IMG/VR virus record: IMGVR_UViG_3300047563_000009
Location: 1 to 53,600 of that record
DNA: 53,600 nucleotides
Source of the DNA: a virus
Lineage: Duplodnaviria > Caudoviricetes
Strand: one strand, 5' to 3'
Shown: positions 1-6,668 of the stretch, in pieces
Layout of the letters: every line of letters starts with the position of its first letter
Numbering within the stretch: position 1 is the stretch's first letter
Notes under the pieces: model-generated
Told to the model about the DNA's origin: nothing
Seen by the model: only the letters and a program-made list of their open reading frames with translations
The model's database searches: none
Position numbers and translations under genes: made by a program

Positions 1-15
1 AGTGTGTCAAGAAAT

Positions 16-99
16 AGAATAATTTATTCTTTATTATTATTTATTGGAATAATTTATTCTGAATTATTTATTCCAGTCGTTTGGAATAATGGGAATAAT
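16..99. repeat. AT-rich cluster of GAATAAT/TTATTC direct and inverted repeats
   Basis: GAATAAT at 17, 47, 84, 93; TTATTC at 24, 54, 68; palindrome AGAATAA-T-TTATTCT at 16-30. Confidence 0.75.
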
Positions 100-104
100 T
101 CTGA

Positions 105-123
105 AACATTAGTTGGAATTGAA
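105..123 (+). promoter_or_regulatory. putative phage-RNAP promoter motif AACATTAGTTGGAATTGAA
   Basis: Identical 19-mer at 105, 236 and 43815, 18-mer at 2615; all + strand and intergenic. Confidence 0.6.
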
Positions 124-235
124 TAGTGTTAATCTGGCGGGTTATTTAACCATTAGCAATTGTCTTGGAGTCCACTGCATAAGCAGCCTCGACAACCAAG
201 TCTGGACAACTTGGGTTAAGTATGCCGCACAAATT

Positions 236-254
236 AACATTAGTTGGAATTGAA
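236..254 (+). promoter_or_regulatory. putative phage-RNAP promoter motif copy
   Basis: AACATTAGTTGGAATTGAA, exact copy. Confidence 0.6.
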
Positions 255-907
255 GAAACAACATCAGATAAGAACTTTGTATTGATTGTGGCCGTTCAAT
301 TCGGTCCCCGACACGGTGTCAATATTGTCGAGTTCTTTTCGATGGAGTGTTTCCATCAAACCCGCAAGAGTTACTATCCGTATGGACTCTTGTATAAACT
401 TAAACCTACGGGTGGCAGTTTATCTACTTACAATATCATATGTAGGCCGATTAATATTCGCTATATTAATCTAAAGTTTGGTACAAAATAGGCAAGCTGT
501 TAGGGCTGAAAAATTAGAGTTTAGGACTCATGTCTATGTTTGTCAGCTTATTTGTTTTAGAGTTTGTGCCTATATGTCGCTGGAGCCGGGAAAGCCGCGC
601 TTCACAGGGCATGGAATAGGCCATTCTCGCAAGCCAGCCAGCGCCAGCCAAGCGTTACGGCAATATTGAAGTGATTATATGGGTGATGATTTGCGTGTCT
701 CAGGCATACACTGGAGCACGCATAATGAGTGTGCACTGTGCTCACCGTATCGCATGAGTTGGGCGCAAGTCGTCACCCACATAATCACCTTACCTTATTG
801 AGCAAACGCCTGTGTGCTGCGGAGAATCCGCACATAGTGGGTTTCGGAGCGTGGTTTCTGGATGGGCCAGAGGCCACAACAGTCACAAACTTTAATTGGA
901 GTATAGA

Positions 908-1342
908 ATGAGCACTGAGAAAACTTGCAGTATTGTTGGCATCCACACTGTTGGCATCCTGACAAACAAACGTTATCACGCAAGATTTGAAGTTCCTGGA
1001 ATGCTGGATAGTAAGACAATTAGTGCTATCGAACTTGCTATGTCTCACATTGTTGCTGGTCGTCAGATTGTTTTGTCTGGTGAAAGTATTGAAATGCATG
1101 ATGGAATTAACAAGTATGTTGCCTCAAATAATGCTGCGTCAATTGCCGGGCTTTCTGCGAACATTAAACAACTGCAAAAAAGCTGTGACAAACGTGATGA
1201 GCAATATGCAGAGCTGAAAGCAGAGCGTGATGCGTTGCAGAAAATCCTAGACTCACTAGACGGTGTATTCCTAAGTGTGCACGTAAACTCAACTCGTGGT
1301 AAAGAGCGTCGTAAACCTATCGAAGAGAGATTCTTACGATGA
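908..1342 (+). CDS. hypothetical protein (coiled-coil C-terminus)
   Basis: ATG908 preceded by GGAG; ATGA overlap with next gene. Confidence 0.75.
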   Translation: MSTEKTCSIVGIHTVGILTNKRYHARFEVPGMLDSKTISAIELAMSHIVAGRQIVLSGESIEMHDGINKYVASNNAASIAGLSANIKQLQKSCDKRDEQYAELKAERDALQKILDSLDGVFLSVHVNSTRGKERRKPIEERFLR

Positions 1343-1617
1343 CTCGTAAACACTCAGCCAAGTGTGTTCGGATAAACTTCGACAATGACATTCATCACTA
1401 TGTTGAAGTTGGTGGTAAGTATTACTACAATGGACGTACAGGCCTCAATGTAGTTATCGCAGAGCCTGACGGCTTTTGGAAACAGTCCATTGCCACCATT
1501 GTTGACGCAAATGCAGACTGCGGTAACTTGAAAGAGCTTGCAAGATATGCCAGACACTTTGGTGGTAAACTTGCTGTCAGACACTATATCCGCCATTGGG
1601 AAACAAACAATGCGTAA
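1339..1617 (+). CDS. hypothetical protein
   Basis: 92 aa ORF translationally coupled to the previous gene. Confidence 0.7.
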   Translation: MTRKHSAKCVRINFDNDIHHYVEVGGKYYYNGRTGLNVVIAEPDGFWKQSIATIVDANADCGNLKELARYARHFGGKLAVRHYIRHWETNNA

Positions 1618-1915
1618 AACTTTAAAGCAAAAACTTCGTGCTCAGGTTCGCCAAACCAATGAGTTCCGTAAGCAAGAGCATGAACTTGCTGGCATTACGA
1701 TTAACTTCGAATTGCAAGCGATGCAATCTATCAGCATGGCACATGGTGTCATGGCTACAATGATTCATGCCAAGAATGTTCTTGGTGAATCTGATGAAAA
1801 CTATAAACTAATTGCGGCTACAGCGCAGGAGCGTATTGCTCAGTGTGTTGTGACATTAATTGGAATGGGTTTCACTGCTGAGGATGCAAATCAGCGTATT
1901 CTACAAGGTCACTAA
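1610..1915 (+). CDS. hypothetical protein
   Basis: Start moved to ATG1610 (MRKTLKQ...), which fits the gene packing. Confidence 0.7.
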   Translation: MRKTLKQKLRAQVRQTNEFRKQEHELAGITINFELQAMQSISMAHGVMATMIHAKNVLGESDENYKLIAATAQERIAQCVVTLIGMGFTAEDANQRILQGH

Positions 1916-1917
1916 CA

Positions 1918-2589
1918 ATGGCGTTCGAGCAAGATAAAGAAATCGCGCTCGAAACTTGTAAGCAGTGGCTTGAAGATTGTGATGCAGCTTATCTTGCCAA
2001 GGAAGATGTAATCATTTTCTGGACGCACTTTAATCCTGAATCTAAGCGTGGCGAATGGACACGTTATAAGATGAAGGAAGCTTGTCGAGTCATCAAAGCC
2101 ACTCGTGCAGGTTTTGCTGCAATGCGATTTATTAAGCCAGAGCTTGTAATGCTTGCCGCTCAGGAAACTGAGAGAGCATATAAGCAGGCTGTAAAATCCC
2201 GTTCAACTGTTCCTCCAGAATTCTTTAATTTGGAGCGCGCTGGTCACTTCAACAATTTTGAAATGTTGACTATGTGCATGTTGCAGGAATTAGTTGGAAG
2301 AGGATGGAACGTTGAGGCAGTTTGTCTTGGAAAGCTAATGAAAGAAGTATTCCAAACAAAAGGTTTCGCAGTTCCTAACCGTACTTTCCGCTGGAAGTTG
2401 CTTCGTGCAGTCGCAGAGGAGTCCGGTGTAATTATTCGTGACAGAACCAACCGAATGACCGTCACAGGTATTGGACGGTTTGTTGCGATTCAAGTTGATG
2501 GTATCGATGACTCCATCAAAGTTGAGTTCACCGTCGATGAGACGCAGGACTTGATAAATAAATCAATCGAACGATTTAAAAATATTTAG
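1918..2589 (+). CDS. hypothetical protein, 223 aa
   Basis: Long ORF in tight operon; no motif recognised. Confidence 0.8.
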   Translation: MAFEQDKEIALETCKQWLEDCDAAYLAKEDVIIFWTHFNPESKRGEWTRYKMKEACRVIKATRAGFAAMRFIKPELVMLAAQETERAYKQAVKSRSTVPPEFFNLERAGHFNNFEMLTMCMLQELVGRGWNVEAVCLGKLMKEVFQTKGFAVPNRTFRWKLLRAVAEESGVIIRDRTNRMTVTGIGRFVAIQVDGIDDSIKVEFTVDETQDLINKSIERFKNI

Positions 2590-2614
2590 TCGTTTGTAAT
2601 ATAGAGCAATATTC

Positions 2615-2632
2615 AACATTAGTTGGAATTGA
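2615..2632 (+). promoter_or_regulatory. putative phage-RNAP promoter motif copy
   Basis: AACATTAGTTGGAATTGA in the gap upstream of the 2704 gene and the ncRNA region. Confidence 0.6.
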
Positions 2633-2703
2633 TTCTTAGAGAAATACTTCTCAAAATTTTATTCCCGGCAAAATCGCCGCCAAACTTTAAGGTATTAAAT
2701 AAC

Positions 2704-3048
2704 ATGGCTATTGTACGTCAAATTACTCAGTATGAAGCAAAAGATGGTTCCGTATTCCTGACCGAAGCTGAGTGTGATGCTCATGAATTCATGCTGGATA
2801 ACAAAGCAGAAATCGACGCAGCTACCGAAGCATTCGTAAACACCATTGGTGCAGTTGGTCGTTCTCGTAACGGTAAAATCAACACCTCTTCCGAATTCCT
2901 GGCCTTCTACATTCCTTGGGTTGCTGCTGGCAAACCGGTTGTTGAACGTACTGTATTCGAGCCAGAAGTTGTTGAAGCTCCAGAAGCTGCCGCTGTTGCT
3001 GATGAAGCAGTTGCTGCTGCCGAAGGCGAAGAAGCTGCTGGCTTCTAA
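2704..3048 (+). CDS. hypothetical protein with acidic Ala/Glu-rich tail
   Basis: ATG2704 after AAGGT; codon usage like highly expressed genes. Confidence 0.8.
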   Translation: MAIVRQITQYEAKDGSVFLTEAECDAHEFMLDNKAEIDAATEAFVNTIGAVGRSRNGKINTSSEFLAFYIPWVAAGKPVVERTVFEPEVVEAPEAAAVADEAVAAAEGEEAAGF

Positions 3049-3093
3049 TATAAATTAATTCTGGTCTGCGGCGTAGGCAGTTGCCTAAGTCGA

Positions 3094-3125
3094 TTAAAGC
3101 CTGATACATTCGGGCTTTAAATTTT
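3094..3125 (+). terminator. hairpin / possible intrinsic terminator
   Basis: TTAAAGCCTGA-TACAT-TCGGGCTTTAA followed by ATTTT. Confidence 0.45.
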
Positions 3126-3128
3126 GAA

Positions 3129-3737
3129 CCCATTCCGACCCAGTTACGTTAAGAGCGTACCCAACTGGAGTGGGCTTCAATGAGTGTTCTTGTGATAAGC
3201 ATTTGGGAGACTGACCTATACCCAATCGTGCAAGGTCCAGACAAGAGCATTCATTGAAGTGTTAGATTGGTAGCGAGCGCTTCGCCCATTCCGTTGTTAA
3301 GTTGGAACCGAGATTAGCTCAACGCAACTTAGACGTGAGTGGGCTTCAATATGGATGTGCAATGGACGAACCCTTCTCCGATAAGAGAAGACAATTAGCT
3401 GGACGGACGTGCCCACTATTTCAGAACCAGGACCCATCACAGTAGTAGCGATTCACTACCGCGAAACAGTGTTGAATATTGGTAATGTTATTTGTGGAAG
3501 GGCACCAGTGAAAGTATATCCAGTAACAGTGGACGAAAAGTAGAGGTAGTGCTCGAAAAGTAGTTCCAGTCTGGTTTAAATACCAGAGTCCATATTGAAG
3601 TTGTGAGCACCTCAAAATGTGAAACCTCATTCTGCTGTAAAATACCTCAGCAGAGTGAGCTTCAATAAGCACGAGCTAGCGCGAAAGCCGAGGATACGAA
3701 CCTGTCAACGTTTGTTCTACAGGGTGCTTATTGAAGT
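3129..3737 (+). ncRNA. array of three structured RNA cassettes with shared frame C(C/T)CATTC..GAGTG(G/A)GCTTCAAT..cargo..ATTGAAGT
   Basis: Cargo-enclosing stems 3175-3193/3241-3259, 3344-3356/3588-3600, 3660-3672/3724-3736; each is preceded by a CATTC/GAGTG hairpin. Confidence 0.65.
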
Positions 3738-3783
3738 AGTTTTCTGAGTTTAGTAGTGATTATTTTTGCAAACTAAAATAAAT

Positions 3784-3816
3784 GCAAACGATTCTGAAAT
3801 ACGAGTTGCAGCTTAA
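3784..3816 (+). other. tmRNA-like proteolysis tag reading frame ANDSEIRVAA-stop
   Basis: AAAATAAAT-GCA AAC GAT TCT GAA ATA CGA GTT GCA GCT TAA; resembles E. coli tag ANDENYALAA; no tRNA-like domain found. Confidence 0.6.
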
Positions 3817-3921
3817 TTAAGTTTAAGTTCTCTCCGAGGTCTTTCGACTCCTTGTTACCAAATTCGACGCAGTGGCCCGCTGTGATTAATAATGGGCATC
3901 ACAATAACAACTGAGGTATTT

Positions 3922-4176
3922 ATGGTAATTAATCGCCCTAACCAAATCATGATGGATGTATTTGAAGTCCCTCAAGCAACAGTGTTCGAATTTCAAAACC
4001 GTCTGTTCCTTCGTGTACTTGAGATTGAACTGGCGAGTGTAGTTGGTAATGATTCCCTCCGCAATATCTTGGGTGTGGATGTGGAAAATGGTTGCTACTT
4101 TACGTCAAGTCGTGAAGCACCTATTGAAGCTCGTATGGTTGTAGTTCACCAACAAGCACACATCACGCTGGAGTAG
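3922..4176 (+). CDS. hypothetical protein
   Basis: ATG3922 after GAGGT. Confidence 0.7.
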   Translation: MVINRPNQIMMDVFEVPQATVFEFQNRLFLRVLEIELASVVGNDSLRNILGVDVENGCYFTSSREAPIEARMVVVHQQAHITLE

Positions 4177-4180
4177 TATA

Positions 4181-4429
4181 ATGGACATTTCATTGGAGTA
4201 TACGCGCCCAACATTGGGCAAAGAACGTATTATCTACATCCCTGAAATGAACGTTGTTGCGAAGGTTGGAAAGATTCAAGAAAATGGTAACTTCAAGTTC
4301 GACGCTTTAAATGGTGGTTGGAACGGGAGTTACGAAGCTGAAACGAATGCAGTTTATATTCGTGGCGAGCACAAGATTAAGCCAGTTACAATTCTGTATT
4401 TGGATTGGATAAGATGCCTCCAGACCTAA
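4181..4429 (+). CDS. hypothetical protein
   Basis: 82 aa ORF after GGAG. Confidence 0.7.
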   Translation: MDISLEYTRPTLGKERIIYIPEMNVVAKVGKIQENGNFKFDALNGGWNGSYEAETNAVYIRGEHKIKPVTILYLDWIRCLQT

Positions 4430-4613
4430 AGTCTGAATGGTACTTATAAACCAGTGGTATCTGCAACGGCAGATTAAACTAGGTTGCCTAAGAAGAAGTG
4501 AGTCGGGACTATCAATCCCGCGTCGAACCACGGCTGGAATATGGTGGCTCACTGATTCTACAAGCCTCGCAGTTTCTCGGACAACCTGCGTTATCAAAAC
4601 CGACCTAAATTAT

Positions 4614-4697
4614 GTCTGTGGAACTCCGAATTGTAGCGGAGGTATTGGGCAGCAATGCCGAATATGGCACTGGGTTCAAGTCCCGGCACAGACGCCA
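4614..4697 (+). ncRNA. tRNA-like RNA without a canonical anticodon loop
   Basis: Acceptor GTCTGTG/CACAGAC-G-CCA; T-arm CTGGG-TTCAAGT-CCCGG; D-like CTCCG/CGGAG; central arm GGCA-GCAA-TGCC. Confidence 0.65.
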
Positions 4698-4702
4698 AAC
4701 AA

Positions 4703-4776
4703 TGGACGAAAAGTATTGCTTAATAAATTGATGCCTCGATAACCTCCATTGAACAGCAAAGCTTAGTAGTCCGCCA
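4703..4776 (+). ncRNA. CCA-ended hairpin RNA with bulged-G/loop-E motif
   Basis: GGAC-GAA / AGTA-GTCC and TTGCT/AGCAA stems; 3' end GCCA. Confidence 0.45.
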
Positions 4777-4789
4777 ATTAAGGAACATC

Positions 4790-5050
4790 ATGCTCACCAA
4801 ACTACAAGCAATTCTTGTGGGATTCCTGACCCTCATTGGAATTGGTATTGCAGTATTCTTCAAAGGTCGTGCAAGCGGCAAGCAAGAAGTTCAGCAAGAA
4901 GTTGTGAAAGAGCAAACCAAAGCTGTTGAAGAGGTTGCACAGCAGCGTGTAGATAGTGTGAAGGTGGTGAAAGATGTACAACAAAAAGTTATTAACAGTT
5001 CTGATTCGGCAATCGATAAAGAACTATCAGATGACTGGACAAGGCCATGA
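4790..5050 (+). CDS. inner-membrane spanin (Rz-like)
   Basis: N-terminal TM helix then coiled coil; overlaps a downstream lipoprotein gene. Confidence 0.75.
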   Translation: MLTKLQAILVGFLTLIGIGIAVFFKGRASGKQEVQQEVVKEQTKAVEEVAQQRVDSVKVVKDVQQKVINSSDSAIDKELSDDWTRP

Positions 5051-5277
5051 ATCACATTTACCTACCCATAGTTGGTTTAGCCGCAACGCTGTTAATAGCT
5101 TGCCAAAGTCCGTCAGTTGCTCCAACAAAAATAGTTTATGATTTCTGTGATTTGTCGAGTCCCATTCTTATCTTAAAGAGTGAGATTCCTAACTTATCAT
5201 TGGGAACAAAGCAGCAAATCTTGGCCCACAATAAAGTGTGGAAAGAGAAGTGCAGCAAACCAAATTCCTACCTGTAG
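5047..5277 (+). CDS. outer-membrane spanin (Rz1-like lipoprotein)
   Basis: Signal peptide with lipobox LLIA-C; Pro-containing linker; extra Cys residues. Confidence 0.75.
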   Translation: MNHIYLPIVGLAATLLIACQSPSVAPTKIVYDFCDLSSPILILKSEIPNLSLGTKQQILAHNKVWKEKCSKPNSYL

Positions 5278-5569
5278 GTGGAATAGCCCGACAAGGCAGT
5301 GCTCTGGGTACAACACTTTAAAATGCTGCCTCCGAGAACGGAAGTTCACAGCGTCGAGCGAATGTGCGACCTTAAATAACGAGATTCAAGCAATGCATTG
5401 CAGGGTGAGTGGAAGTCTCACAACTGTCTGCCGCCGCAGTTAAGGCGCGTCCTGAATCAAGCAGCCTAGACTTGAGGTGGCCACTTCCTAAAACAGTGTC
5501 CGAGAACAAACTCGTAATCAGTCGTAGTTGAGACGATACCCACGCATAGCCCACGTTACGGGCCTCAGT

Positions 5570-5643
5570 GGACGCATGTCAGAAAGGCTATGTGGCAGAT
5601 TGCAAACCTGCTTATACTGGTTCGATTCCAGTTGTGTCCTCCA
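5570..5643 (+). tRNA. tRNA-Cys(GCA)
   Basis: Acceptor GGACGCA/TGTGTCC, U discriminator, CCA; anticodon loop TTGCAAA; T-arm ACTGG-TTCGATT-CCAGT. Confidence 0.9.
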
Positions 5644-5720
5644 AACGGTGGCGCAGTAGTTGTTGCGGAACGACTGCTGACCAAATAGTTTCCAGTCTAT
5701 TCAAAACTGGAACAAATTAT

Positions 5721-5800
5721 GCGCTCGTAAAGTTAATTGGAAACTACTTGCCGACACAGGTAGGTATTGCTGGGTATCTTTAAACCAGCCGAGTGCACCA
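5721..5800 (+). ncRNA. degenerate tRNA-like RNA
   Basis: Acceptor GCGCTCG/CGAGTGC-A-CCA; D-arm AGTT/AACT; 8-nt anticodon loop CGACACAG; T-stem GCTGG/CCAGC with 11-nt non-TTC loop. Confidence 0.6.
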
Positions 5801-5806
5801 AATTAT

Positions 5807-5991
5807 GGAACCAGCCGAAAGGCCACACTTGAGAGTAGATGGAGAATGATGCCCGCTGTCAGCGTAGGTAATCGACCAGTAGGGTAAAGTGGAGAGGTGT
5901 ATCAGTAAGGTGACATATTACGAATAAGGGCTTAAAACGTACCTAACTTAATAGAGACCGAGAAAATAAGTAATTCCTAAAGGTTCCACCA
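5807..5991 (+). ncRNA. 185-nt RNA closed by an acceptor-like stem ending ACCA
   Basis: GGAACC(5807)/GGTTCC(5982)-A-CCA; internal GCC-GAAA-GGC; same AAATTAT leader as the two tRNA-like RNAs. Confidence 0.5.
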
Positions 5992-6362
5992 AACCCCCCT
6001 AATAGTTATGTCTCTATTCAAAAGGCAATAAGAAGCGTCTGGCATACCGTAGCGATACGGCTGAATCTGCCTCTTGTAGTATCTACAGATTCAAAGTTGC
6101 GTTGACTGTGAAGTGACGAGATGGAACTCTGTTCCTATTTAGGTTTCTCCTCATCCTGAAATTAGCTCCTAATCACATGAAATATGCAAGGCAGGGTTCT
6201 TGATAAAGTTTCTATCATTCTTTATCAAGCGGGTTTAGCGATTTTCCCGTAGGGTTCTCCCATAACATGGAATTGTATATTAACCTAGCCGAGACAAATA
6301 TACTCAGTTGTTGGTCTGATTAAAACCAACACAATTTAATTCTCTTTGAACTGGAGTAAGTT

Positions 6363-6668
6363 ATGAATCTGGTATCACCCCAGCAGTTGGCAGCTATTTC
6401 AGAAAGTAATGGTGTAAACCTTACCAAGCTTCGTGATGAAGTTTCTGTTATCGCCTATACAGCAATGGTGCAAGAACTTGGAACTAATGTTGCCCATCTT
6501 ACAGATGACCAAATATTGGGCGCATCTAAAACTGTTGCAAAAGTATCTCATGAATTTGCAGATGCATTTATGCGGGAGCGTTATGAACGTACTTGTATAA
6601 AAGCAACTGGTATTAATCTTAAAGATTTGGAAAAATCATGTCAAAACAAATTTCAGTCGAACTCGTAG
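6363..6668 (+). CDS. hypothetical protein
   Basis: GGAG SD; 101 aa. Confidence 0.75.
   Translation: MNLVSPQQLAAISESNGVNLTKLRDEVSVIAYTAMVQELGTNVAHLTDDQILGASKTVAKVSHEFADAFMRERYERTCIKATGINLKDLEKSCQNKFQSNS

Noticed and set aside
222-911. Short ORFs 222-491, 286-474, 478-669, 729-911
   Set aside because: No SD sequences, atypical composition, and they overlap the promoter-motif region.
3129-3737. CRISPR array interpretation of the repeated cassettes
   Set aside because: Repeats are split inverted arms, the inserts range from 47 to 231 nt and are structured, and there are no cas genes.
3737-3870. Complete tmRNA (ssrA) gene
   Set aside because: No alanine acceptor stem or proper T-arm. TTCGACTCC..ACCA at 3843-3860 does not close an acceptor helix, so only the tag-like module is reported.
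5320-5555. Group I intron-like words (AAATGCTG, AATCAAGCAGCC, CATAGCCCAC)
   Set aside because: Could not build P3/P4/P7 in the right order, and no interrupted gene flanks it.
4437-5783. ORFs 4437-4742, 5180-5443, 5568-5783
   Set aside because: They run across tRNA or tRNA-like structures and lack SD sequences.
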